A DNA stretch of 64,000 nt from Amoebidium appalachense (taxonomy: Eukaryota; Protista; Ichthyosporea): positions 5,224,907 through 5,288,906 of the forward strand of contig CAVNZM010000001.1 in the NCBI GenBank assembly GCA_963693365.1. Direction: 5' to 3'. Positions 30,448 through 44,100 of this stretch are shown in pieces. Numbering within the stretch: the stretch's first letter is position 1; each line of letters begins with the position of its first letter. The position numbers and the translations under genes are program-made. The notes under the pieces are model-generated. The model had not been told where the DNA came from and searched no databases. It worked only from the letters and a program-made list of their open reading frames with translations.

Positions 30448-31094
30448 GGGAAACCTCAGCAGCTCTACAACAGCTTTGCAAGTAGAGCTTGCCTATCCTA
30501 TTAATCTACTGACTGCCTCCATACGTTTGACTCTCTAGGCCGTCACACACATAATCAAACAACCCCCACCCTCTCACCCCCCCGGGGCCCATCCGTGTAC
30601 ACGCACACGCACGCTCAAACACAACATTACCGTTGAATAATAAATTTACACCATGTATAAACACTCGATCGGAGCTCCGTTGGTCATCTTGATGGCCACG
30701 GGGACGCTGATCAATCCTAAGGTTGACGTTTATAAGTAAGTGTGGCTGACACACGGAGTCGACACTAAGGCCCTCATAGTGATTTCCTGCCACCGTGGTA
30801 TTGCAGACTGAGTTATCACTGCTCATTCCCGAGTGACTCGTGGCATGCACTGTCTTGGTTGTGGTCGGATCTTGTCTGCTGTAGCATGCGATTGCGCGTT
30901 CTGATTGGTGCGATCATCAAGTCACACCGTGTCCCCCTGTACTTTTACGCAACCCTGTTTAAACGTAACCCAACCTGTACGGCCACGGATCTGGGGAAGG
31001 CGCCCCCTCCTGTTTTTGTTCCACCCACCGACACACCACCACCCCCACACACGGCGTGGTCAGCGGGGCCGGCTGAGTTTAGGGCTGAACTGGG

Positions 31095-31664
31095 GGCACA
31101 CTTTACCCCAGATGCGGTATGGCAGTTAGTCTCCCGTTACCCGTCCCGCAAAGCGTGTGGGCCGGACGGCATCCCTATGGCGCTACTTTAAGGTACTCAT
31201 CCCACCCCAACCCGAGAAAGACGAAAAGCGTGGCCCGCCGCCACCACTTACATGTATTCACATGTATTCTTAGCGAATTGTTTAGCTGGTATTCTGATGT
31301 CGGTAAAGTGCCCTCGGAGTGGCTAGACACCATAGTGTTTCCCATCAAGAAAACGGTTGCACGGGGTCCCATTCACGAATTTCGCCCTATCACCCTTACG
31401 TCCGTTTTTCGCCGATTATTCGAAAGTGGCCTTTTACAGGCCTTTTCCCGTAACCCCACCCTTAAGCAGGCTTCCCAGCTGAGCCCTCTTCAGGCGGTGT
31501 TTCGGCATCGTCGACACTCATGTTACGCACAAATCCTCACCCTACATAATGCAACTCAAAGTGATACCGAGCACCTCGTATTTATCGATCTTAAGAACGT
31601 GTACGACACGGTCGACCTCCCTCGCGTGTACGACACGGTCGACCTCCCTCGAACCCCCAAATAA
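31095..31664 (+). mobile_element. Degenerate non-LTR (LINE) retrotransposon reverse-transcriptase fragment
   Basis: FTPDAVWQLVSRYPSRKACGPDGIP (KAxGPDG), then after a frameshift GKVPSEWLDTIVFPIKK...EFRPITLTSVFRRLFE...LSPLQAVFR...LVFIDLKNVYDTVD. These are N-terminal RT motifs up to the first catalytic Asp, and the fragment ends before YADD. A 27-bp tandem duplication lies at 31598-31651. Confidence 0.88.
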
Positions 31665-32054
31665 CCTTATGAAGTCATTCAAAGAAATTGACAAGCTTTC
31701 AAAAAGACAGAAGCGCTGTACAAACCGCACATTCCTCAGTCTTCGAAGCAGACGAAAAAAGAAATAGAAAAAACCATCACCAGGAGACTCAGAAATCAGG
31801 AGTCGAAAGTTGGTGGTCTAGGGAGTTGTGTCATTTTGAAAAGCGTGTTTTGATTGGTTATTGTCGCCTATATACAAGGAGTCCGTCCGGCAGTCGAGCC
31901 AGTAACTTGTCAGACTTGCCGAGTTTGCTGCTATTTTGCTGACCATGCTCGCTCAAAGTTTCTTGTTGTAAACGTAACCCCACTAAAGTTTCTATATAGA
32001 TCTCGACAAAACATCCGTTTCCCTCTTACTTGCGCTCAAGACCATACACCCAAC

Positions 32055-32735
32055 ATGGCTTCAGCAACTCGCAAGCCCGTTCTCCTTTTTGATCTGGACG
32101 GGACGCTAACAGAGACAGACCACCTCCACTACGAAGCTTTCACGGAGGCCCTTGCACCAAAAGGGAAAGCAATTACCCAGGAGTACTACCTAACAGAGAT
32201 CCTTGGTAACAACAACGCAGAAATTTTCAAAAAGATACTACCAGACGACCCCGTTAGCGAACACGTGAAATTTGCCGACGAAAAGGAGAGGATCTTTCGG
32301 GAAAAAGCTGGAACGAGTCTCGTTCCGACACCCGGTTTGTCCAAATTGCTAGATTGGGCTGAGCAGAATAACATTGCAAAAGCAATCGTCACGAACGCGC
32401 CAAGCGAAAACGCAGAGATGATGCTTACAGGGTTGGGCATAGCGCACAGGTTCCCACATGTTGTTCTGGGTGGCGAGCTGGAGTTTGGCAAGCCACATCC
32501 ACTTCCATATCTCACGGGATTGGACAAGCTTCAAGGGACCCCATCTGTCTCTGCTGCTTTCGAGGATTCTAAATCTGGAATCAATGCTGCTGTGGCTGCG
32601 GGGCTTACCGTTTTTGGTATAACGTCGAACATGCCGACCGAGGAGATCTTGAAGGCAGGGGCACACTATGCCATCAAAGACTTTAACGATCAACAGCTGT
32701 GGAGATGGCTCGACACGATTAAGAAGTGTGCGTAG
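32055..32735 (+). CDS. HAD-superfamily IA phosphatase (CbbY/Sgpp-like), 226 aa, intronless CDS
   Basis: Motif I LLFDLDGTLTETD, motif II IVTNAP, motif III KPHPLPY, motif IV AFEDSKSGINAAVAAG. ATG at 32055 in a caacATGg context; the track's TTG start at 31854 is spurious. Confidence 0.93.
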   Translation: MASATRKPVLLFDLDGTLTETDHLHYEAFTEALAPKGKAITQEYYLTEILGNNNAEIFKKILPDDPVSEHVKFADEKERIFREKAGTSLVPTPGLSKLLDWAEQNNIAKAIVTNAPSENAEMMLTGLGIAHRFPHVVLGGELEFGKPHPLPYLTGLDKLQGTPSVSAAFEDSKSGINAAVAAGLTVFGITSNMPTEEILKAGAHYAIKDFNDQQLWRWLDTIKKCA

Positions 32736-34290
32736 GTCGACGTGGGGCCGGGAGGGAACACACACACGTTTAGAGACCGGACACGCCGTTATACACACAT
32801 ATAGAAACACGAGAGGCGCGGATGCACAGCTGAGGAAGAAGCTAATTTAGAAGCTTGTAGCACACAGTCTTTCATGACGTGTTTCCTGCAAGAATGGTCT
32901 AGCACACATACACACATAACAAAAAGGAATACGAAGGACCGGTAGCTTGTTCTCCTATACTATTCCGCCAAGAAGGGCGTACTTTGCTGGACCTTTCTAG
33001 GGTCACACGTAGACCAGCTAACTTGTCTCTCTTTAGCCCATGCCAGATGTGCACGTCCACTAGCAGGGGCACGAGAAGGCCAACACTCCGGCAGTATTCA
33101 AGGAGGCTTTTTCCCTGAAAAAGAAAGAACATCCCTACGGTTATATTCAGTGCATGTCACATTGCTTGGCTTTATTTTCCTAATTATAGAACCTTGGATT
33201 TTCGATCCGATGAGCTGTTCAGCAGGGATCTTATAGTGCATGTGAACTTTGGGATTTCGAAACGGATCTTAAGCGCATGTGTGTCCTGGTGGCAACATAG
33301 CAGGAATCTAATAGCACGGTTTACTAATAGACTCGAGCTCTTTTAACTTTGTCTAAAATAATGCATATACGAGAATCCCCGTCCCTTGAGATCCCTGTGG
33401 TCGCTTTACCGATTGTGTGTTCAGTTTGGCATTTCTGAGACTGTCCCCCCCCCCCCCCCCCCCCCTCCCCCCTCTTCCAAATCTATCTCTCTTCTCCCCT
33501 CCCTTCCCCCCCACCCTTTCTCTTTCTCCCTTTCGTGCATTTCTGACACTATCTCCCTCCCCCCCCCCCCCCCCCCCCCCTGCCTTCCTCTATCTCTCTC
33601 TCCCCCTTCCTTCCCACTCCACCTTCTCTCTTTCTCGCTCTCTCTGGTGCGGGCAGGGGGAGGGTGTGTGTGTGTGTGTATGTTGGGGGGGGGGAAAGGG
33701 GGGGGGAGTCTCCCTTTCGTCCATTTCTGAGACCCCGCCTCCCCCCCCCCCCCCCCCCTTCCTCTCTCTATCTCTCTCCCCCTCCTCCCAGCTTTGCCCT
33801 CTCTCTCTTTCTCCCTGGTGGGGACAGGGGAGGGTGTGTGTGGGGGGAGGGGAGGGGGGGGGGAGGGGGGGGAGGAAGGGGAGGGGAGGGGGGAAGGCTG
33901 GAGGATGTGGAGGGATTGGCCAAGATTTCCGCGGGCTGGGGACCATTCGACATGTGACTTGCTGAAAGTTGCTATTAACAACGTACGTGCAACATCCGTC
34001 ACGTGTCTGTGCTGTGGGGAACAAAACAGCATCCATAACTGTGTCTCTACTGATGTGTACAATTCATCTATGCAAACCTCGTGAGAACACCAGAGAATAT
34101 ACAAAACACGCCAAAACTATTATAATCAGTGGACTGAATTACCCTGATTGCCCCTCGACACTCACGTTCCTCGTGCATTCGTGTTGTGTGATTGTGTGTG
34201 CAAGTGCACACCTGTGTGCATGTTTGTGGCAGCAAAGCTTGGGATGTGTGTGTGTGTGGTGGTGGTGGGAGGGGAAGGGGGGGGAGGCAA

Positions 34291-34370
<80 letters not shown>

Positions 34371-34608
34371 CGCGCTCGCGTGCGTGCTTGTAGGGTGGAG
34401 CCTGGGAGTCGTTCTACTTGCTTTCTGATCAGTCATGAAATAAAGCACATCCCTACACCCTCCCGACACCACATATTCGGACACCTACATTCAAAATCTT
34501 TGAAGCTTTTACTACAGCAGCAAACAGATATATAACAACAGTAGGCGAAATTAATCAGATAAAAACCACCATTAAAAAAAGTGAGGAACAAAGAGCAAGA
34601 TTTATGTC

Positions 34609-35304
34609 TTAAAAATATCCTACGGATGACTCTCCGCTCTCTTCCTCACTCTCTTGGCCCGGATCGAAAAACCCGACTCCCCTTAACCCGTCTCCCAGGC
34701 CAGTTCTCATTCCCCCACCTCCGCGTGAGGAATAGAGGCTGCTACCAGCGTCAAACGATCTATAAATATCCGAGGTCTGTGATTGGCCAAGAGTCTGCGA
34801 AGAATGCCCTGATTGGTAGACGGGGGCAGGGAAAAACGAACCACGGGCAGTTATTTGAGATGAGGTGAGAGAGGACTGAAGGGTGGTGGGTGTTGTCTGG
34901 GAGGGGCCTGGTGTACCTACGGATGACATGGTTTGGCCTGTGCATGCACATTTCAGTTATCTTTGGCCAAGGTAGGCGCTATCATGGAAGGTAAACTATA
35001 ATGTACTGAACCCCCCCCCCCAACCCCCCCCCCCCCCCGCCCCCATCCCCATCCCCCTTTTCCCCCCCTTCCCCTCCCCTCCCCTCCTTCCCCCTTTCAC
35101 CGCACCCGAATGCCCGATGCCTCACCTGGTCACACATCGTTTTCTGACTGATGTATTTTACTTTTGTCAGTCATATCCCAAAAGGGAGTATATATTCCGA
35201 CTTTTTGTTTCATTTCTAAAAAAATATAGTCAAGTTTGGTCCAACAACGGCAGCGGGAAGGCAAGACAAAGATATAACATCACATGCACATACGTACCCA
35301 CATG

Positions 35305-35374
<70 letters not shown>

Positions 35375-35421
35375 CTTGGTGTGTGTGTATAAGTGTGAAG
35401 ATGGGGCGGAGAGGGGATAAA

Positions 35422-35460
<39 letters not shown>

Positions 35461-35760
35461 ACATCACTCACCTTCTCTGGCCGTACCTACTCGTGCCCCG
35501 TCCCTTGTTGCACTTGTCCCACCTCCCACCCAACCCCCACTAGCCCCTGCCCCAAAGAACCCCCCCGTGGTATCTGGGGGGTCTGACGTCCGGCGGCTGC
35601 GTCCAAGGGCAACGGTAGCTGATTCGATGGTTTGGTATTCCTCCAGACCTGTGATTGGGGGATTCTTCTGAGTTGGTCAAATTATCGCATTTGAAATTGC
35701 CTTTTTCGTTTTCTGTGATTTCTCTTTAAGTGCGCGGGGAGATGGAAGGTGTGTGTGTGT

Positions 35761-35846
<86 letters not shown>

Positions 35847-37129
35847 TTGGTATGGGATGCAAGTGAAATAGATATACCGGTCGTACACATAATGCCTTGA
35901 AACATGTGCAGGATGTTGAAGTGAATAAAGTGGGCAGAGGGGAGGTCTATTGGCTGTCATACGAAGAGGAATGGCATCATGCTTAGGCCTGGGTAAATAT
36001 CCTCCCCCCTTCCCCCCCCCCCCCCCCCCCTCTCCCTAAATATCCTCCCCCCTTCCCCCCCCCCCCCCCCCCCCCCCTCTCCCCAAATCCCCTGTCTTTA
36101 AAAAACAAATAACAAAACGAACGTGAAAGTGAGGGGGGGCGGGGGGTGGAGAGAGGAGGGCGGAGAGGAGAATGGAAAAAGAAAAGAGCAGAGGGGGAGA
36201 CAGGGCGGGGGGGAGGCGCTGAGAAGGAGGAGGGGGGGGGGGGGGGGAGGGGGGAGGAGGAGGGGGTGGCAGCACCTTCAGATATTGTCGCTGCCGAGCC
36301 TGGCACCTGCCTCGCCGGGGGGTTTTTCCAACCATCCTTCTCCAAAGAAACCCCACTACTGGCTGGTCTCGAACCCCTCCGAACACTGTCACTACTTCTG
36401 GCCGATATTGTGCCACTAGCCGTGTTAGGACCCCCGCTTGTGTGCAAGCTTACACTGCTACTGCTTCCCGCTCCAACGCCTGAAATTTGGGAAATTTGGG
36501 GATTTGGCGACATATTTTGGGTGGTTTGGGAAGAGAGTGAGGACCGTCTAACGGGTGTGGTGGCGGTCGTGGCCGTAGAAATTATCTGTTGGCCGTCCGA
36601 AAATCTGCCTTGCAGGGGTTCATGCCGTGAAATAGCTGTGGGTGTGGGGGGTTCCGATGTCTGAAAATTGTTAACGCCGTCACGTGATGAACGGTGTTGA
36701 GAGGGTAGCGGGCTGCCTGACTTGTCAAACTGCGTTTGTGTGGATGGTTAGAGAGTGAAGTTCCTTGGATGAGAGGGGGGGGGGGGGGGGGGGAGGGGGG
36801 GGGGGGAGCTAATAAAGTAGTGTGTGTGTGTGTGTGTGTGTGCTGTTGGAGAGGGGGGGGGGGGGGGGGGGGAGAAGAAAGAATGGACAGGCAGAAAAGG
36901 AAGCTGGAGTTCGAGGCAGGAACGGAGGTTGGACGGCATTGATCAGAATTGCCAAGTGATGTAGTGATGTTAGGTGAAAGCGGGAGGGGGGGGGGGGGGG
37001 GTCAGTTCATTTTCCCTGTCCCCCCCCCCCCCCCCCCCCTCCCACACACACACACACACACCCACCCACCCACCCACCCACCCACCCACCCACCCACCCA
37101 CCCACCCACCCACCCACCCACCCACCCAC

Positions 37130-37167
<38 letters not shown>

Positions 37168-38193
37168 ACCATCATAGGTGTTGGTGTTGTTGCTCTGCCA
37201 GGCAGAGGGGACTGTTGGCTTTCTCTCTTCTTCTTGGCCTCTGCCCTCAATGCCTCCCACCTTTTCCTGCACCCATATTCTAAAAGTTTAGTTTTCAAAG
37301 ATTATAATAATAAATAATAACGGACCGACCTTGTGAGTTCCTATATCCATTCAACGAACTAAACATAATGAGGGTGGTGCATGCCTGCTTTCTACTCAAC
37401 CTTACTGCATCCCACTTCTTGCATGGTACCCAAAGTTAGAGAGAGGAATACTAAAAGGGGGGCCGGGGGGGGTCCCTTCCTTTTCCCTCTCACTCTTCCT
37501 CCTTCCATCCCCCTCCCTCTCTCCTTCTCTCTCATTCTGCCCCCCCCCCCTCCCCCCCCCCTCTCTCTCCCTCCCTCTTCCCGTCCTCCCCTCTCCCCCC
37601 TTCCCCCTCTTCCTCCCACCTTTTCTCCCTCTTCTTTTGCACTCTCCCTCTCTCTCTCTCGTTCCCTCTCCCTCTCGTCCCCTCTCTCTCTCCCCCCTTC
37701 TCCACCAACCGCCCTCCCCCCCCCCCTCCCCCCCCCCCCTCCTTTTCTAGACCTCCTCTTTCCTTCTTTTTTTGTCCCCGGAGATTAGAGTGTGCAGCCC
37801 AGCTGATTGTGTACTGATGTGTCGTGTGGCCGAGGTGCCAGGGGAAAAGGCGGTATACGAATGTGCATGTATGTGTGTGTGTGTGTGTGGAAGGGGGGGG
37901 GGGGGGGGATTGGAGAGAGGGGGGGGGGGGGGGGGGGGGGAGGGGGAGGAATAGCATACACAAGGTAGTCTCTCTCTTTGGCAAGCTGCTGATTTTGTTG
38001 CCTAATTTGGGAAAGTTCCCCCTGGAGCCTCTCATTCTCCCTCGCCAAAGCTTCCTTTTCTTCATCAAATTTCGAGGCGAGTTGGGGGGGTCTGTGCTGG
38101 TAGACAGATGCAGCCATGATGCTCTGCTTCAATTTGCGTGCCTGTGCCAGTCAAAGCCCCCAATTTTTAAGTGATGTCGACAGTTTTTCAGTT

Positions 38194-38263
<70 letters not shown>

Positions 38264-39137
38264 AAGAAAGAAAAGAAAAGAAAAGAAAAGAAAAGAAAAG
38301 AAAAGAAAAGAAAAGAAAAGAAAAGAAAAGAAACATAAGCACACACCCGAGCTGCACACATTTCCTTGTATTCCATTGGAACCTCCATATTTCTCCCCAT
38401 TAGTCCTCCCATGCTGTTTTCTGCAGTGCAGTGCAGCTACGTTATGATGCGATAATAGAAGTGCATGGGGCTTGTTGAATAGAAATCCAAGTTCGCACTT
38501 GGCTCTCTTGAGGTATTCTAGTAACTACACCATCCATGCTTTAGAATGAGGTGGTAAGAGACAGATGAACAAAATGGCGACATAATGAGGGCTCCGAAAA
38601 AGCTTCTCTAAAACCTCACTGAGTAGCCCTTTGCACATCAGCAAATCACCAATCAAACACCTCACCACACTTCCTTTTTCAGCAGGTGTGCCCCCAACCA
38701 CCAATCAAACACCTCACAACCCTTCCTTTTATAGCAGGTGTGCCCCCCACCCACCCACCTGGTCCTCAGCGTTTATTCTGAAGTCACTCAGTCCTCTCCT
38801 CATCTGCTCCGTCTCCTCCACCGTCTGAGCCAACTGTGAATTCTCAAGCAGTAGCAGCCGCACCTGAATCATCATTCTTTCAGTTGATTGGTCGATCTAA
38901 GATTTAGATCTAGAATGTGCAGGTTTGGTGGGCAAACCATAAATATCCGGATCCTTCTTGTGCTTCAAAGCACCAAAAAAAGGGATGGGGAAGGGGAGGG
39001 GGGGGGGTTGGTGTGGATTAATGTGTACTGTTCGTCAGACAGAGAGCCATGCAGGAAAAATGCAAAGGCATGCATAAGGTGACATGGCCTATTTAATGAG
39101 AGTGCTCTTGGAAGGGGGAAAAAAATGCCCGGGGGGG

Positions 39138-39172
<35 letters not shown>

Positions 39173-39355
39173 TATTGGAACAGAACCCATTTCCGGAATG
39201 TGTCCCATGCCTTCATAAGGGAGAAGGGCTGACGTTCCCAACCGCTCGTCCGATGCTGCTTCTCAATACTTTTATTTTACACCCAAAAAAAAAGGGGGGG
39301 GGGGGGGGGGGGGAGGGGGAGTGGGGGGGGGGGAGGGAGAGGGGGAGGGGAGGAA

Positions 39356-39392
<37 letters not shown>

Positions 39393-39476
39393 GGTCACCT
39401 GTTCACTCAAAGACTCCACCAGTCTTCTCCAAACACGTTCGGCCTCCTCTCTGCTCTCGATCCCTGCCTCCAGCAG

Positions 39477-39525
<49 letters not shown>

Positions 39526-39643
39526 CGCGTGTGTATGTTGTGTGCGTGTGCGTGTGCGTGTGTGTGCGTGTGCGTGTGCGTGTGCGTGTGCGTGTGCGTG
39601 TGCGTGTGTGCGTGTGCGTGTGCGTGTGCGTGTGCGTGCGTGC

Positions 39644-39726
<83 letters not shown>

Positions 39727-40832
39727 CACGTGTTTTTGTGGTGTGCGATGTATTAAGCTTGCATACCATCAAACATCATAAAGCCATATGTGGAGGCCCC
39801 GACACGAAGCCGATCACATATACACACAGAGAACCCGGCTTGTTTTTGTGCTGTTTACACGCACCTGGCATGCGGAAATTTTTAAGACAAAGTTTAGGAG
39901 AAGTGCAACATGCCAATACATCATACGCAGAACGAAGGATCACGTGTGCGTGTGTGTCCGTCTCTTTGTGACTGTGTCTGTGCTTGTGTGTGTAAGTAGG
40001 TGGTTTCGAGTGCGCGAGTGCATATGTGTGCGAGTGTCTGCGTGTGTGCGCGCATCCACACATGTATTTATGCAAATGTGTGGGGTTGTGGTGGTGGTGT
40101 GTCAACAACCAAGTACCTTCACACACTCTTCCTGCTGCTGCTGCATCAACACAAACGGAGGGACACCTTTTTCCTTGCCTGGAGGCACTTTTTCGCTGGG
40201 TCCACCTTCGACCTCTCCATCCTGCAAAAAGCAAACGTCTGCATTAGTACTTGTATTTCAATGAGAACTTTGGGCCTAACCCCCTTCGCACACCCCCAGC
40301 TGTACATGCACATGCACGCAAGCGTACACACACACAGGCAAGCACGCACGCAAACACGCGCACGCGGACACACACAGGACACACACAACACGTGTGTGTG
40401 TGTGTGCACGCAAGCACATACTACCCACACACTTCACAGCCCTTACGCGTCCAACCCCACCCACAACCATCTACGCTCACATCCATCCCCACCACCCACA
40501 CTGATAAAACCGCTTCCCTGGTCCCCAGTCCACCTTCCAAGTACATGGATAAGTGTAATATTTAACAAGTCATCAGGGACAGCAAGAGGGAAGTATGATT
40601 ATGTTTTCTTTCTGTCTTTCTATTTTCTTTTCTCTTCCTTTTTTTCCCCTTTCTATTCTTTCTTTCTTTCTTTCTTTCTTTCTTTCGTTTTTTTTTCTTT
40701 CTTTTTCTTTTTTTTTTTTTTGGGGGGGGGGGGGGGGGATAACAAACTACATCAACTCAAGACTACAGACAGGGGGCGTTCATAGGCGTATGTTTGCAAG
40801 TAACGGTTTTCCCGAGTGAGTGTGTGTCAGGG

Positions 40833-40868
<36 letters not shown>

Positions 40869-40985
40869 CGTTTTGTTGGGTCTTTGGAGGGATAAGGTTT
40901 GGGGAAGTGTTTGTAGACACGGTTGGTTTTGCTGCTGGGCGGGTTGGCTTTCTTTCGGACTGCTGCTTGAGTTGCTGCTGAAACT

Positions 40986-41018
<33 letters not shown>

Positions 41019-41161
41019 AGGTGTGGTGGGGTGGGGGGAGGGGGGCAAAAGGTTAGGGAGTAAGGACAAGATTAGAATTTCTCTTTGCACCAAAACAAAT
41101 CGAAAACATGAATACAGAAAACACGAACACCTTGAAGGGTGAGAAAACGGGGCGGACCGGG

Positions 41162-41199
<38 letters not shown>

Positions 41200-44100
41200 G
41201 GGGGAGGGGGGAAGAGTTTGAGAACTGCGGTGTCGGAATTCCGTGCATGCTTTTTATTTGTTGGGTCTAGGCAGACATACAATCGGAATTGTGACGGCCT
41301 GAACAAACAACACTTGGATGCTGGGGGCTTAAAAATGCTAGAGGATGGCCACAATAAGCATGCAAGCAATCATATATGCATGCCGTTTGATCCCCCCCCC
41401 CCCCCCCCCCCCCAAACCGCCCCCCCGCTACACACGTACAAGAACTAAGCATATGCATAAATGCACCTAAGCACACACGCGGGGGCACACACACACAGGC
41501 AAACACGCTCACGCGCACGAACACACACACACAACCACACACACAGAAAGAGAGGGGGGGATAAGTATACGCACAAATGTACCAGGCACACAAACACACG
41601 CGCCCGCCCGCCCGCCCGCCCGCCCGCCCGCCCGCCCGCCCGCCCGCCCGCCCGCCCGCCCGCACACATGCACGCACGTGCGCACACGCGCATGCACACA
41701 CACACACCTGCTTCTGGTACTGCAGCTGTCTGCGTATCTGCTGGTGTCGTATTTGTGATCTCTGCATGCTCGGTGTGGTTGCCGACCTAAAAACATCCCA
41801 CTTAGTTTTTTTCTTTATTTTAGGTGTTGAGCCAATGACCAGTTCACTAAAACGTCCAAACAATAATGAACAACACATACCGATTGATCGTATCTTCAAC
41901 ACATGCACCCCCCCCCCCCCCCCCCTACCCCCTTCCCCCGGGGCCCCCCTCCCCCTCCCCCCAGCCCCTTTCCTCCACCCTCTTTTTCCCCCATGCAAAA
42001 TACACCCCCTCCTTCCACCCTCAATTGCATTTTCTTCTGTTGAGCTCCCACTCTCGCCCTCCCTCCCTATTTCCCCTGACATTTTCATCTAGCCCCCTTC
42101 CCCTCCTTCGGCTCCCTCCAACACCATTGCATGTGGCAACCTTCCACAGCCTTCCACCCCCTTCGATCCCCTTCCAATACTCACTCTGGGCTTCCCGACG
42201 ATGGCACCATGAAGAAAGACCCCAACCCATCGGATGGCGGCGGGCCCTCCTGCGATCTGTAGGAATGGAGTGTTCAGTGAAGGGGTGGGGTGGGGGGGGT
42301 GGGGGGGGGGGGGAGAAGAAGGGGGAGGGGGGGGGGAGAGGGGAACATTGCACACGTGCATGCACATGTACGTAAGTGCGCATGTGCGCACAACCGGGTA
42401 TGGCTACTTCGGGAACAAACACACATCTCAACGTGTTTATGCACCCAAGAAAACACACACACACAGAGCATGCTTGGAGGCACCCACCAACGCCTCCAAC
42501 CACATCCGCACAACCACGCACACACACTCATACGCACGCACACCCACACGCCTACCCTACACTCAATCACACGCGCCAACACAACATGCACAAAATCGAG
42601 CAAAGCAAGTTTACACACACACACACACACACACACACCTCACTGCGGGCAGCTTCTTGAGCAGTGTGTCAAGTACCTGCCACACACTCCACACCGCCTC
42701 CGAGGGCTCCCCCTGATCCAGGCCAACCATTGGTGGATCTGCACCAATCAGATCCATGAGACCAAAAAGATCCATGGAAACACAGGAACAAGATGTGGCT
42801 GTCATTTTGCTTGGCACGCACCTCGCCCATTTAGCAACACTCCCTTCCTCTCTCCCTCCCTCCCTCCTTCCACCTCCCCTCCCCCCTCCCCTCCCCCCTT
42901 CCCGGTCCTCCCTCCCTCCCTTCCACTCCTCCCCATCCCCCTCGTCCCTCCCTCCCTCCCCTCCTCCCCCCTCCGCCCCTCTCGCTACCTCCCTCTCCCC
43001 CTCCCTTCTATCCAACTTGCCATCTCCCCTCCCCTCCCCTCTCAACCCACTCCCCATATCTGCCCCCCTTCGCCTCCAACCCCTTACTTTCCCTCCCTTC
43101 CACTCTCTCTCTCTCTGTCTCTCTCTCCCCCCCCCTCCCCCCCCCCCTCCCCCCTCTCTCTCTCCCCCTGGTCCTCCTTTCCACCTTCCTGTCTTCCACC
43201 TCATGATACTTATTCACAAACCGCACCTGACTGTATGGGTACACATCCTGTATTCCACCAACACCCACAAACCCCTTCCAAAGACCACTCCATATATAGA
43301 CAGAGTACTGAACATGGCATGCCACGAAACGAGAGGGGAAAGGGGAGAGGGACGCCGCCCGGGGGGGAGGGGGGGGAGGGGGAGGGGGTGGGGGGGGAAG
43401 AATAAATGATTGACATGGTGAACTCACCGGTAAGGGCTGGGTTTCTGCCTGCTGGGAGTGGATGGCGCCTATCAGGGGCAGATGGGCTGTATGTGTGTGT
43501 GTGTTGGGGGGGGGGGAGGGGGGGGGTAAGTAGTGGTGGTTGTGTTTTGTAGGCAGTGGGAGAAAAAGGAAGGCATATATGAGTGTGGGGATGGGTGCGG
43601 TAGGGTGAGGGTTGAAACAGACTCATGGTTCACTTATCGATTGTAAGCATTGGGCACACACATGTGCTTGTTGTCTTTTTGTGGGCACAAGCACTTTCCG
43701 AAACCACAAATTAGAAATCAACTGAAGTACTTGTACATACGAAGTTCAGGCGCCCCCCTCCCCCCCCCCCCCCCCACTCACTCTTCCCCCCCCCCCCCCC
43801 CCCTCCCCACACACACACCCAAAAAAAAAACAAAAAAAAAAACTCAAGCATTCACACACATACACACAAAAGAATCCACAAAAACACATACACGCACACG
43901 CACACGCACACGCACATGCACCCGCACGTGCACACACATCGAGGGTAAAACATAAAAATGAACGTAGAATGAAGGGGTACCGGTATAAAAAATAAGCATA
44001 AGAAGAAAGAACGAAGACGTATAGCAAAGGGCAAGACAAAAGAAAACAGACACATACCGTCCACCAGCAGATAGTGCCTGATTTGCCCCCGTCTGGGCTC

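Noticed and set aside
32899-33132. 77-aa minus-strand ORF with a good acceptor (GKSLLEYCRSVGLL...)
   Set aside because: No recognisable homology and no partner exons identified.
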